Positions 22,960 through 37,754 of a stretch of DNA of 64,000 nt are shown one piece after another. The translations under genes and the position numbers were made by a program. Each line of letters starts with the position of its first letter. Position 1 is the stretch's first letter. Location of the stretch: the NCBI RefSeq assembly GCF_046119375.1, contig NW_027362769.1, positions 359,290,001 through 359,354,000 on the forward strand. Reading direction: 5' to 3'. This DNA comes from Phyllobates terribilis (lineage: Eukaryota). The notes beneath the pieces were generated by a model. It searched no databases, was not told where the DNA came from, and saw nothing but the letters and a program-made list of their open reading frames with translations.

Positions 22960-23630
22960 GCACACTTTCAGTGCTCTAACCCAACAGGTAACATTCTAAT
23001 CATTTTACCTGCACTATACAGGTCTCCCCCCCCCCCCTCCCCCTATTTAATAGAATCCATAGATATACCTATATTAACATTTATCCTTCAAAGCTCTTTT
23101 GGATACGCATACAGCTGTCCATCACCCAGCCTCAGATAACTGGCTTTAAGACCGTAGTCACCAGCCCAGGCTACCTTGGAACCTATACAGCACCTCGTAC
23201 AGGTAATACGCATATCTTCTCACCTGTGCCACTCAGACCCGCTGTACTGTACCACAGGTATAACAAAACCCTTCTACTATCCGCCAACAGTAGCAAGCAG
23301 CTTCAAGCACTGCGATTAACAACAGCTGTCCATCACCCAGAACCGGACAACAATCAAGACCGCAGACACCATCTAGTGCAATCCTGCTACTTACACAGAA
23401 CCCCCCTCCTTTACAGGTAAAAAACTGCATCCCCTTATATGTGCCATTCAGACCCTATACCAAGCGTTATTGGCTTAACTAATATTACTCTATTTTCATT
23501 AGTAGCACTCTCTAATCCCGCTGCCTAAATATCTACAAACGATCATCAGCCCAAGCACAAGCCATCAACACCTGGAAATCTACCTAGACCGACAACAGGT
23601 AAATCACTTCTTACACCGGTGAGAGCAGCC
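22960..23630 (+). repeat. Diverged tandem repeat of about 213 bp in the PLE leader
   Basis: cagctgtccatcacccag recurs about 212 bp apart; CAGGTAA at 22985, 23200, 23414, 23596. Confidence 0.6.
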
Positions 23631-24010
23631 ACTCTAAGTATACGGGGAACAATCCGGTCACTAAAACCCCACCCCCCCTTTTTTTTCCCCTTCTCTTTCT
23701 CCTTTTTACACATAGGAAATATCCAGACTACTATCCTTCTAAAAACTGGCCTAGAAACCCACGAGACTACCACTACCAGGAACCTCCAAAAAGCCTCCAC
23801 CCCAAAAGACCCACCAGCTATCTCTATCTAATATTTTATCATTTTTTAACCTTCATTATGATTTAACGTCATTTTTATGCGAGATTTACTATTTAAAATA
23901 AAAACTCTTTTATCATCCTCTCTTATTGTCCACATTTTTGTCCCCAACAACCTTCCCCCTTCAAGTATACGGCCTAAACCTTACCAGCGCAGGATATTTT
24001 AACTATTTCT

Positions 24011-27000
24011 ACAGTATATAGAGCAGCCTGTACAGTATATAGAGCTGCCTGTACAGTATATAGAGCAGTGTGTACAGTATATAGAGCAGCCTGTACAGTA
24101 TATAGAGCAGTCTGTACAGTATATAGAGCAGTGTGTACAGTATATAGAGCAGTGTGTACAGTATATAGAGCAGCCTGTACAGTATATAGAGCAGTGTGTA
24201 CAGTATATAGAGCAGCCTGTACAGTATATAGAGCAGTCTGTACAGTATATAGAGCAGCCTGTACATTATATAGAGCAGTGTGTACAGTATATAGAGCTGC
24301 CTGTACAGTATATACAGCAGTGTGTACAGTATATAGAGCAGCATGTACAGTATATAGAGCAGTGTGTACAGTATATAGAGCAGCCTGTACAGTATATAGA
24401 GCAGTGTGTACAGTATATAGAGCAGCATGTACAGTATATAGAGAAGCCTGTACAGTATATAGAGCAGTGTGTACAGTATATAGAGTAGTGTGTACAGTAT
24501 ATAGAGCAGCCTGTACAGTATATAGAGCAGTGTGTACAGTATATAGAGCAGCATGTACAGTATATAGAGAAGCCTGTATAGTATATAGAGCAGTGTCTAT
24601 AGTATATAGAGCAGCCTGTACAGTATATAGAGCAGTGTGTACAGTATATAGAGCAGAGTGTACAGTATATAGAGCAGTGTGTACAGTATATAGAGCAGTG
24701 TGTATAGTATATAGAGCCGTGTGTACAGTATATAGAGCAGCCTGTACAGTATATAGAGCAGCGTGTGCAGTATATAGAGCAGCCTGTACAGTATATAGAG
24801 CAGTGTGTACAGTATATAGAGCAGCCTGTACAGTATATAGAGCAGCGTGTGCAGTATATAGAGCAGCCTGTACAGTATATAGAGCAGCATGTACAGTATA
24901 TAGAGCTGCCTGTACAGTATATAGAGCTGCCTGTACAGTATATAGAGCAGCGTGTACAGTATATAGAGCAGCCTATACAGTATATAGAGCAGTGTGTACA
25001 GTATATAGAGCAGCCTGTACAGTATATAGAGCAGCGTGTACAGTATATAGAGCAGCCTGTACAGTATATAGAGCAGTGTGTACAGTATATAGAGCAGCCT
25101 GTACAGTATATAGAGCAGTGTGTACAGTATATAGAGCTGCCTGTACAGTATATAGAGCAGTGTGTACAGTATATAGAGCAGTGTGTACAGTATATAGAGC
25201 TGCCTGTACAGTATATAGAGCAGCCTGTAAATTATATAGAGCAGCCTGTACAGTATATAGAGCAGTGTGTACAGTATATAGAGCAGCATGTACAGTATAT
25301 AGAGAAGCCTGTACAGTATATAGAGCAGTGTGTACAGTATATAGAGCAGTGTCTATAGTATATAGAGCAGCCTGTACAGTATATAGAGCAGTGTGTACAG
25401 TATATAGAGCAGTGTGTATAGTATATAGAGCTGCCTGTACAGTATATAGAGCAGCCTGTACAGTATATAGAGCAGCGTGTGCAGTATATAGAGCAGCCTG
25501 TACAGTATATAGAGCAGCATGTATAGTATATAGAGCAGCCTGTATAGTATATAGAGCTGCCTGTATAGTATATAGAGCAATGTGTACAGTATATAGAGCT
25601 GCCTGTACAGTATATAGAGCAGCGTGTACAGTATATAGAGCAGCCTATACAGTATATAGAGCAGTGTGTACAGTATATAGAGCAGCCTGTACAGTATATA
25701 GAGCAGCGTGTACAGTATATAGAGCAGCCTGTACAGTATATAGAGCAGTGTGTACAGTATATACAGCAGTCTGTATAGTATATAGAGCTGTCTGTACAGT
25801 ATATAGAGCAGCCTGTACAGTATATAGAGCAGTGTGTACAGTATATAGAGCAGCCTGTACAGTATATAGAGCTGCCTGTACAGTATATAGAGCAGTGTGT
25901 ACAGTATATAGAGCAGCCTGTACAGTATATAGAGCTGTGTGTACAGTATATAGAGCTGCCTGTACAGTATATAGAGCAGTGTGTACAGTATATAGAGCAG
26001 CCTGTACAGTATATAGAGCAGCCTGTACAGTATATAGAGCTGCCTGTACAGTATATAGAGCAGGGTGTACAGTATATAGAGCAGCGTGTACAGTATATAG
26101 AGCAGTGTGTACAGTATATAGAGCAGTCTGTACAGTATATAGAGCAGCCTGTACATTATATAGAGCAGTGTGTACAGTATATAGAGCAGTGTGTACAGTA
26201 TATAGAGCAGCCTGTACAGTATATAGAGCAGTGTGTATAGTATATAGAGCTGCCTGCACAGTATATAGAGCTGCCTGTACAGTATATAGAGCAGTGTGTA
26301 CAGTATATAGAGCTGCCTGTACAGTATATAGAGCAGTGTGTACAGTATATAGAGCAGCCTGTACAGTATATAGAGCAGTGTGTGCAGTATATAGAGCAGC
26401 CTGTACAGTATATAGAGCAGTGTGTATAGTATATAGAGCAGTGTGTACAGTATATAGAGCTGCCTGTACAGTATATAGAGCAGTGTGTACAGTATATAGA
26501 CCTGCCTGTACAGTATATAGAGCAGTGTGTACAGTATATAGAGCAGCCTGTACATTATATAGAGCAGTGTGTACAGTATATAGAGCAGTGTCTATAGTAT
26601 ATAGAGCAGCCTGTACAGTATATAGAGCAGTGTGTACAGTATATAGAGCAGTGTGTATAGTATATAGAGCTGCCTGTACAGTATATAGAGCAGCCTGTAC
26701 AGTATATAGAGCAGCGTGTGCAGTATATAGAGCAGCCTGTACAGTATATAGAGCAGCATGTACAGTATATAGAGCTGCCTGTACAGTATATAGAGCAGCA
26801 TGTACAGTATATAGAGCAGCCTATACAGTATATAGAGCAGTGTGTACAGTATATAGAGCAGCCTGTACAGTATATAGAGCAGCGTGTACAGTATATAGAG
26901 CAGCCTGTACAGTATATAGAGCAGTGTGTACAGTATATAGAGCAGCCTGTACAGTATATAGAGCAGTGTGTACAGTATATAGAGCTGCCTGTACAGTATA

Positions 27001-30000
27001 TAGAGCAGTGTGTACAGTATATAGAGCTGCCTGTACAGTATATAGAGCAGCCTGTACAGTATATAGAGCAGTGTGTACAGTATATAGAGCAGCCTGTACA
27101 GTATATAGAGCAGTGTGTACAGTATATAGAGCAGCATGTACAGTATATAGAGAAGCCTGTACAGTATATAGAGCAGTGTGTACAGTATATAGAGCAGTGT
27201 CTATAGTATATAGAGCAGCCTGTACAGTATATAGAGCAGTGTGTACAGTATATAGAGCAGTGTGTATAGTATATAGAGCTGCCTGTACAGTATATAGAGC
27301 AGCCTGTACAGTATATAGAGCAGCGTGTGCAGTATATAGAGCAGCCTGTACAGTATATAGAGCAGCATGTACAGTATATAGAGCAATGTGTACAGTATAT
27401 AGAGCTGCCTGTACAGTATATAGAGCAGCGTGTACAGTATATAGAGCAGCCTATACAGTATATAGAGCAGTGTGTACAGTATATAGAGCAGCCTGTACAG
27501 TATATAGAGCAGCGTGTACAGTATATAGAGCAGCCTGTACAGTATATAGAGCAGTGTGTACAGTATATACAGCAGTCTGTATAGTATATAGAGCTGTCTG
27601 TACAGTATATAGAGCAGCCTGTACAGTATATAGAGCAGAGTGTACAGTATATAGAGCAGCCTGTACAGTATATAGAGCTGCCTGTACAGTATATAGAGCA
27701 GTGTGTACAGTATATAGAGCAGCCTGTACAGTATATAGAGCTGTGTGTACAGTATATAGAGCAGTGTGTACAGTATATAGAGCAGCCTGTACAGTATATA
27801 GAGCTGCCAGTACAGTATATAGAGCAGGGTGTACAGTATATAGATCAGCGTGTACAGTATATAGAGCAGTGTGTACAGTATATAGAGCAGTCTGTACAGT
27901 ATATAGAGCAGCCTGTACATTATATAGAGCAGTGTGTACAGTATATAGAGCAGTGTGTACAGTATATAGAGCAGCCTGTACAGTATATAGAGCAGTGTGT
28001 ATAGTATATAAAGCAGCCTGTACAGTATATAGAGCTGCCTGTACAGTATATAGAGCAGTGTGTACAGTATATAGAGCTGCCTGTACAGTATATAGAGCAG
28101 TGTGTACAGTATATAGAGCAGCCTGTACAGTATATAGAGCAGTGTGTACAGTATATAGAGCAGTGTGTACAGTATATAGAGCAGCCTGTACAGTATATAG
28201 AGCAGTGTGTACAGTATATAGAGCAGTGTGTACAGTATATAGACCTGCCTGTACAGTATATAGAGCAGTGTGTACAGTATATAGAGCAGTGTGTACAGTA
28301 TATAGAGCAGTGTGTACAATATATAGAGCAGCCTGTACAGTATATAGAGCAGGGTGTACAGTATATAGAGCAGCCTGTACAGTATATAGAGCAGTGTGTA
28401 CAGTATATAGAGCTGTGTGTACAGTATATAGAGCAGTGTGTACAGTATATAGAGCTGCCTGTACAGTATATAGAGCAGGGTGTACAGTATATAGAGCAGC
28501 CTGTACAGTTTATAGAGCAGTGTGTATAGTATATAGAGCAGTGTGTATAGTATATAGAGCAGTCTGTACAGTATATAGAGCAGTGTGTACAGTATATAGA
28601 GCAGTATGTACAGTATATAGAGCAGTGTGTACAGTATATACAGCAGTGTGTACAGTATATAGAGCAGTATGTACAGTATATAGAGCTGCCTGTACAGTAT
28701 ATAGAGCAGTGTGTACAGTATAAAGACCTGCCTGTACAGTATATAGAGCAGGGTGTACAGTATATAGAGCAGTGTGTACAGTATATAGAGCAGCCTGTAC
28801 ATTATATAGAGCAGTGTGTACAGTATATAGAGCTGCCTGTACAGTATATAGAGCAGTGTGTACAGTTTATAGAGCAGCCTGTACAGTATATAGAGCAGCC
28901 TGTACAGCATATAGAGCAGTCTGTACAGTATATAGAGCAGTGTGTACAGTATATAGAGCAGCCTGTACAGTTTATAGAGCAGTGTGTATAGTATATAGAG
29001 CAGTCTGTACAGTATATAGAGCAGTGTGTACAGTATATAGAGCAGTATGTACAGTATATAGAGCAGTGTGTACAGTATATACAGCAGTGTGTACAGTATA
29101 TAGAGCAGTATGTACAGTATATAGAGCTGCCTGTACAGTATATAGAGCAGTGTGTACAGTATATAGACCTGCCTGTACAGTATATAGAGCAGGGTGTACA
29201 GTATATAGAGCAGTGTGTACAGTATATAGAGCAGCCTGTACAGTATATAGAGCAGTGTGTACAGTATATAGAGCAGTGTGTACAGTATATAGAGCTGCCT
29301 GTACAGTATATAGAGCAGTGTGTACAGTTTATAGAGCAGCGTGTACAGCATATAGAGCAGTCTGTACAGTATATAGAGCAGTGTGTACAGTATATAGACC
29401 TGCCTGTACAGTATATAGAGCAGGGTGTACAGTATATAGAGCAGTGTGTACAGTATATAGAGCAGCCTGTACAGTATATAGAGCAGTGTGTACAGTATAT
29501 AGAGCAGCCTGTACAGTATATAGAGCAGTGTGTACAGTATATAGAGCAGCCTGTACAGTATATAGAGCAGTGTGTACAGTATATAGAGCAGTGTGTACAG
29601 TATATACAGCAGTGTGTACAGTATATAGAGCAGTATGTACAGTATATAGAGCTGCCTGTACAGTATATAGAGCAGTGTGTACAGTATATAGACCTGCCTG
29701 TACAGTATATAGAGCAGGGTGTACAGTATATAGAGCAGTATGTACAGTATATAGAGCAGTGTGTACAGTATATAGAGCAGTATGTACAGTATATAGAGCA
29801 GTGTGTACAGTATATACAGCAGTGTGTACAGTATATAGAGCAGTATGTACAGTATATAGAGCTGCCTGTACAGTATATAGAGCAGTGTGTACAGTATATA
29901 GACCTGCCTGTACAGTATATAGAGCAGGGTGTACAGTATATAGAGCAGTGTGTACAGTATATAGAGCAGCCTGTACAGTATATAGAGCAGTGTGTACAGT

Positions 30001-33000
30001 ATATAGAGCTGCCTGTACAGTATATAGAGCAGTGTGTACAGTATATAGAGCAGTGTGTGCAGTATATAGAGCAGTGTGTACAGTATATAGAGCAGTGTGT
30101 ATAGTATATAGAGCTGCCTGTACAGTATATAGAGCAGTGTGTACAGTATATAGAGCAGCCTGTACAGTATATAGAGCAGTGTGTACAGTGTATAGAGCAG
30201 TGTATATAGTATATTGAGCTGCCTGTACAGTATATAGAGCAGTGTGTACAGTATATAGAGCAGTATATACAGTGTATAGAGCAGTGTGTACAGTATATAG
30301 AGCAGTGTGTACAGTATAAAGAACTGCCTGTACAGTATATAGAGCAGTGTGTACAGTATATAGAGAAGCCTGTACAGTATATAGAGCAGTGTGTACAGTA
30401 TATAGAGCAGTCTGTACTGTGTATAGAGCAGTGTGTACAGTATATAGAGCAGCGTGTACAGTATATAGAGCAGTGTGTACAGTATATAGAGCAGTGTGTA
30501 TAGTATATAGAGCTGCCTGTACAGTATATAGAGCAGTGTGTACAGTATATAGAGCAGTGTGTACAGTATATAGAGCTGCCTGTACAGTATATAGAGCAGT
30601 GTGTACAGTTTATAGAGCAGCGTGTACAGCATATAGAGCAGTCTGTACAGTATATAGAGCAGTGTGTACAGTATATAGACCTGCCTGTACAGTATATAGA
30701 GCAGGGTGTACAGTATATAGAGCAGTGTGTACAGTATATAGAGCAGCCTGTACAGTATATAGAGCAGTGTGTACAGTATATAGAGCAGTGTGTACAGTAT
30801 ATAGAGCAGCCTGTACAGTATATAGAGCAGTGTGTACAGTATATAGAGCAGCCTGTACAGTATATAGAGCAGTGTGTACAGTATATAGAGCAGTATGTAC
30901 AGTATATAGAGCAGTGTGTACAGTATATACAGCAGTGTGTACAGTATATAGAGCAGTATGTACAGTATATAGAGCTGCCTGTACAGTATATAGAGCAGTG
31001 TGTACAGTATATAGACCTGCCTGTACAGTATATAGAGCAGGGTGTACAGTATATAGAGCAGTGTGTACAGTATATAAAGCAGCCTGTACAGTATATAGAG
31101 CAGTGTGTACAGTATATAGAGCAGTGTGTGCAGTATATAGAGCAGTGTGTACAGTATATAGAGCAGTGTGTACAGTGTATAGAGCAGTGTATATAGTATA
31201 TTGAGCTGCCTGTACAGTATATAGAGCAGTGTGTACAGTATATAGAGCAGTATATACAGTGTATAGAGCAGTGTGTACAGTATATAGAGCAGTGTGTACA
31301 GTATAAAGAACTGCCTGTACAGTATATAGAGCAGTGTGTACAGTATATAGAGAAGCCTGTACAGTATATAGAGCAGTGTGTACAGTATATAGAGCAGTCT
31401 GTACTGTGTATAGAGCAGTGTGTACAGTATATAGAGCAGCGTGTACAGTATATAGAGCAGTGTGTACAGTATATAGAGCAGTGTGTATAGTATATAGAGC
31501 TGCCTGTACAGTATATAGAGCAGTGTGTACAGTATATAGAGCAGTGTGTATAGTATATAGAGCTGCCTGTACAGTATATACAGCAGCGTGTACAGTATAT
31601 ACAGCAGTGTGTACAGTATATAGAGCAGTGTGTACAGTATATAGAGCAGCCTGTACAGTATATAGAGCAGTATATACAGTGTATAGTGCAGTGTGTACAG
31701 TATATAGAGCTGCCTGTACAGTATATAGAGCAGTGTGTACAGTATATAGAGCAGGGTGTACAGTATATAGAGCAGCCTGTACAGTATATACAGCAGCGTG
31801 TACAGTATATACAGCAGTGTGTACAGTATATAGAGCTGCCTGTACAGTATATAGACCAGTGTGTACAGTATATAGAGCAGCCTGTAGAGTATATAGAGCA
31901 GTGTGTACAGTATATAGAGCAGCCTATACAGTATATAGAGCAGTGTGTACAGTATATAGAGCAGCCTGTAGAGTATATAGAACAGGGTGTACAGTATATA
32001 GAGCAGTGTGTACAGTATATAGAGCAGCCTATACAGTATATAGAGCAGTGTGTACAGTATATAGAGCAGTGTGTACAGTATATAGAGCAGCCTGTACAGT
32101 ATATAGAGCAGGGTGTACAGTATATAGAGCAGCCTGTACAGTATATAGAGCAGTGTGTACAGTATATAGAACAGTGTGTATAGTATATAGAGCTGCCTGT
32201 ACAGTATATAGAGCAGTGTGTACAGTATATAGAGCAGTGTATACAGTATATTGAGCTGCCTGTACAGTATATAGAGCAGTGTGTACAGTATATAGAGCAG
32301 TATATACAGTGTATAGAGCAGTGTGTACAGTATATAGAGCAGTGTGTACAGTATAAAGAGCTGCCTGTACAGTATATAGAGCCGTGTGTACAGTATATAG
32401 AGCAGTGTGTACAGTATGTAGAGCAGTATATACAGTATATAGAGCAGTGTGTACAGTATATAGAGCAGTGTGTACAGTATATAGAGCAGCCTGTACAGTA
32501 TATAGAGCTGCCTGTACAGTATATAGAGCATCCTGTACAATATATAGAGCAGTGTGTACAGTATATAGAGCAGTCTGTACAGTATATAGAGCAGGGTGTA
32601 CAGTATATAGAGCAGTGTGTATAGTATATAGAGCAGCCTGTACAGTATATAGAGCAGTGTGTACAGTATATAGAGCAGCATGTACAGTATATAGAGCAGT
32701 ATGTACAGTATATAGAGCAGAGTGTACAGTATATAGAGCAGCCTGTACAGTATATAGAGCTGCCTTTACAGTATATAGAGCAGTGTGTACAGTATATAGA
32801 GCAGCCTGTACAGTATATAGAGCTGTGTGTACAGTATATAGAGCTGCCTGTACAGTATATAGAGCAGTGTGTACAGTATATAGAGCAGCCTGTACAGTAT
32901 ATAGAGCAGTGTGTACAGTATATAGAGCAGCCTGTACATTATATAGAGCAGTGTGTACAGTATATAGATCAGTGTGTACAGTATATAGAGCAGCCTGTAC

Positions 33001-36000
33001 AGTATATAGAGCAGTGTGTATAGTATATAGAGCAGCCTGTACAGTATATAGAGCTGCCTGTACAGTATATAGAGCAGTGTGTACAGTATATAGAGCTGCC
33101 TGTACAGTATATAGAGCAGTGTGTACAGTATATAGAGCAGCCTGTACAGTATATAGAGCAGTGTGTACAGTATATAGAGCTGCCTGTACAGTATATAGAG
33201 CAGTGTGTACAGTAAATAGACCTGCCTGTACAGTATATAGAGCAGGGTGTACAGTATATAGAGCAGTGTGTATAGTATATAGAGCAGGGTGTACAGTATA
33301 TAGAGCAGTGTGTACAGTATATAGAGCTGCCTCTACAGTATATAGAGCAGGGTGTACAGTATATACAGCAGTGTGTACAGTATATAGAGCAGTGTGTACA
33401 GTATATAGAGCAGCCTGTACAGTATATAGAGCAATGTGTACAGTATATAGAGCTGCCTGTACATTATATAGAGCAGTGTGTACAGTATATAGAGCAGTGT
33501 GTATATTATATAGAGCAGCCTGTACAGTATATAGAGCAGGGTGTACAGTATATAGAGCAGTGTGTACAGTATATAGAGCAGCCTGTACAGTATATAGAGC
33601 AGTGTGTACAGTATATAGAGCAGTGTGTATAGTATATAGAGCTGCCTGTACATTATATAGAGCAGTGTGTACAGTATATAGACCTGCCTGTACAGTATAT
33701 AGAGCAGGGTGTACAGTATATAGAGCAGTGTGTACAGTATATAGAGCAATCTGTACTGTGTATAGAGCAGTGTGTACAGTATATAGAGCAGTGTGTACAG
33801 TATATAGAGCAGCCTGTACAGTATATAGAGCAGTGTGTACAGTATATAGAGCTGCCTGTACAGTATATAGAGCAGTGTGTACAGTTTATAGAGCAGCGTG
33901 TACAGTATATAGAGCAGTGTGTACAGTATATAGAGCAGTGTGTGCAGTATATAGAGCAGTGTGTATAGTATATAGAGCTGCCTGTATAGTATATAGAGCA
34001 GTGTGTACAGTATATAGAGCAGCCTGTACAGTATATAGAGCAGTGTGTACAGTGTCTAGAGCAGTGTGTATAGTATATTGAGCTGCCTGTACAGTATATA
34101 GAGCAGTGTGTACAGTATATAGAGCAGTATATACAGTGTATAGAGCAGTGTGTACAGTATATAGAGCAGTGTGTACAGTATAAAGAGCAGTGTGTATAGT
34201 ATATAGAGCAGTGTGTACAGTATATAGAGAAGCCTGTACAGTATATAGAGCAGTGTGTACAGTATATAGAGAAGCCTGTACAGTATATAGAGCAGTGTGT
34301 ACAGTATATAGAGCAGTCTGTACTGTGTATAGAGCAGTGTGTACAGTATATAGAGCAGCGTGTGCAGTATATAGAGCAGTGTGTACAGTATATAGAGCAG
34401 TGTGTATAGTATATAGAGCTGCCTGTACAGTATATAGAGCAGTGTGTACAGTATATAGAGCAGTATATACAGTGTATAGTGCAGTGTGTACAGTATATAG
34501 AGCTGCCTGTACAGTATATAGAGCAGTGTGTACAGTATATAGAGCAGGGTGTACAGTATATAGAGCAGCCTGTACAGTATATACAGCAACGTGTACAGTA
34601 TATACAGCAGTGTGTACAGTATATAGACCTGCCTGTACAGTATATAGAGCAGTGTGTACAGTATATAGAGCTGCCTGTACAGTATATAGAGCAGCCTGTA
34701 GAGTATATAGAGCAGGGTGTACAGTATATAGAGCAGTGTGTACAGTATATAGAGCAGCCTATACAGTATATAGAGCAGTGTGTACAGTATATAGAGCTGC
34801 CTGTACAGTATATAGAACAGGGTGTACAGTATATAGAGCAGCCTGTACAGTATATAGAGCAGTGTGTACAGTATATAGAACAGTGTGTATAGTATATAGA
34901 GCTGCCTGTACAGTATATAGAGCAGTGTGTACAGTATATAGAGCAGTGTGTACAGTATATTGAGCTGCCTGTACAGTATATAGAGCAGTGTGTACAGTAT
35001 ATAGAGCAGTATATACAGTGTATAGAGCAGTGTGTACAGTATATAGAGCAGTGTGTACAGTATAAAGAGCTGCCTGTACATTATATAGAGCAGTGTGTAT
35101 AGTATATAGCGCAGTCTGTACTGTGTATAGAGCAGTGTGTACAGTACATAGAGCAGCGTGTACAGTATATAGAGCCGTGTGTACAGTATATAGAGCAGCC
35201 TGTACAGTATATAGAGCAGTGTGTATAGTATATAGAGCTGCCTGTACAGTATATAGAGCAGTGTGTACAGTATATAGAGCAGTATATACAGTGTATAGTG
35301 CAGTGTGTACAGTATATAGAGCAGCCTGTACAGTATATAGAGCAGGGTGTACAGTATATAGAGCAGCCTGTACAGTATATACAGCAGTGTGTACAGTATA
35401 TAGAGCTGCCTGTACAGTATATAGAGCAGCCTGTACAGTATAAAGAGCAGGGTGTACAGTATATAGAGCAGTCTGTACAGTATATAGAGCAGGGTGTACA
35501 GTATATAGAGCAGTGTGTACAGTATATAGAGCAGCCTGTACAGTATATAGAGCAGTGTGTACAGTATATAGAACAGTGTGTATAGTATATAGAGCTGCCT
35601 GTACAGTATATAGAGCAGTGTGTACAGTATATAGAGCAGCCTTTACAGTTTATAGAGCAGTGTGTACAGTACATAGAGCTGCCTGTACAGTATATAAAGC
35701 AGTTTGTACAGTATATAGAGCAGTGTGTACAGTATATAGAGCAGCCTGTACAGTATATAGAGCAGTGTGTACAGTATATAGAGCAGTGTGTACAGTATAT
35801 AGAGCAGCCTGTACAGTATATAGAGCAGTGTGTACAGTATATAGAGCTGTGTGTACAGTATATAGAGCTGCCTGTACAGTTTATAGAGCAGTTTGTACAG
35901 TATATAGAGCTGCCTGTACAGTATATAGAGCAGTGTGTACAGTATATAGAGCAGCCTGTACAGTATATAGAGCAGTGTGTACAGTATATAGAGCAGCGTG

Positions 36001-37754
36001 TACAGTATATAGAGCAGTGTGTACAGTATATAGAGCAGTGTGTATAGTATATAGAGCTGCCTGTACAGTATATAGAGCAGTGTGTACAGTATATAGAGCA
36101 GTGTGTACAGTATATAGAGCAGTATATACAGTGTATAGTGCAGTGTGTACAGTATATAGAGAAGCCTGTACAGTATATAGAGCAGTGTGTACAGTATATA
36201 GAGCAGTCTGTACTGTGTATAGAGCAGTGTGTACAGTATATAGAGCAGCGTGTACAGTATATAGAGCAGTGTGTACAGTATATAGAGCAGTGTGTATAGT
36301 ATATAGAGCTGCCTGTACAGTATATAGAGCAGTGTGTACAGTATATAGAGCAGTGTGTACAGTATATAGAGCAGTATATACAGTGTATAGTGCAGTGTGT
36401 ACAGTATATAGAGCTGCCTGTACAGTATATAGAGCAGTGTGTACAGTATATAGAGCAGGGTGTACAGTTTATAGAGCAGCCTGTACAGTATATACAGCAA
36501 CGTGTACAGTATATACAGCAGTGTGTACAGTATATAGAGCTGCCTGTACAGTATATAGAGCAGTGTGTATAGTATATAGAGCTGCCTGTACAGTATATAG
36601 AGCAGCCTGTAGAGTATATAGAGCAGGGTGTACAGTATATAGAGCAGTGTGTACAGTATATAGAGCAGCCTATACAGTATATAGAGCAGTGTGTACAGTA
36701 TATAGAGCAGTGTGTACAGTATATAGAGCTGCCTGTACAGTATATAGAACAGGGTGTACAGTATATAGAGCAGCCTGTACAGTATATAGAGCAGTGTGTA
36801 GAGTATATAGAACAGTGTGTATAGTATATAGAGCTGCCTGTACAGTATATAGAGCAGTGTGTACAGTATATAGAGCAGTGTGTACAGTATATTGAGCTGC
36901 CTGTACAGTATATAGAGCAGTGTGTACAGTATATAGAGCAGTATATACAGTGTATAGAGCAGTGTGTACAGTATATAGAGCAGTGTGTACAGTATAAAGA
37001 GCTGCCTGTACAGTATATAGAGTAGTGTGTACAGTATATAGAGCTGCCTGTACAGTATATAGAACAGGGTGTACAGTATATAGAGCAGCCTGTACAGTAT
37101 ATAGAGCAGTGTGTACAGTATATAGAACAGTGTGTATAGTATATAGAGCTGCCTGTACAGTATATAGAGCAGTGTGTACAGTATATAGAGCAGTGTGTAC
37201 AGTATATTGAGCTGCCTATACAGTATATAGAGCAGTGTGTACAGTATATAGAGCAGTATATACAGTGTATAGAGCAGTGTGTACAGTATATAGAGCAGTG
37301 TGTACAGTATAAAGAGCTGCCTGTACAGTATATAGAGCAGTGTGTACAGTATATAGAGCAGCCTGTACAGTATATAGAGCAGTGTGTACAGTATATAGAG
37401 CAGTCTGTACTGTGTATAGAGCAGTGTGTACAGTATATAGAGCAGCGTGTACAGTATATAGAGCCGTGTGTACAGTATATAGAGCAGCCTGTACAGTATA
37501 TAGAGTAGTGTGTATAGTATATAGAGCTGCCTGTACAGTATATAGAGCAGTGTGTACAGTATATAGAGCAGTATATACAGTGTATAGTGCAGTGTGTACA
37601 GTATATAGAGCAGCCTGTACAGTATATAGAGCAGGGTGTACAGTATATAGAGCAGCCTGTACAGTATATACAGCAGTGTGTACAGTATATAGAGCTGCCT
37701 GTACAGTATATAGAGCAGTGTGTATAGTATATAGAGCTGCCTGTACAGTATATA
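24011..37754 (+). repeat. 21-bp satellite, segment II (about 650 units)
   Basis: Continuous tandem array with higher-order duplications. Confidence 0.99.

Larger units (their letters stand above)
15523..24010 (+). mobile_element. Penelope-like retroelement, 5'-truncated, inserted in the satellite
   Basis: PLE-type RT, GIY-YIG endonuclease, hammerhead ribozyme, 3' leader/pLTR and AATAAA 23897-23902; satellite on both sides. Confidence 0.92.
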
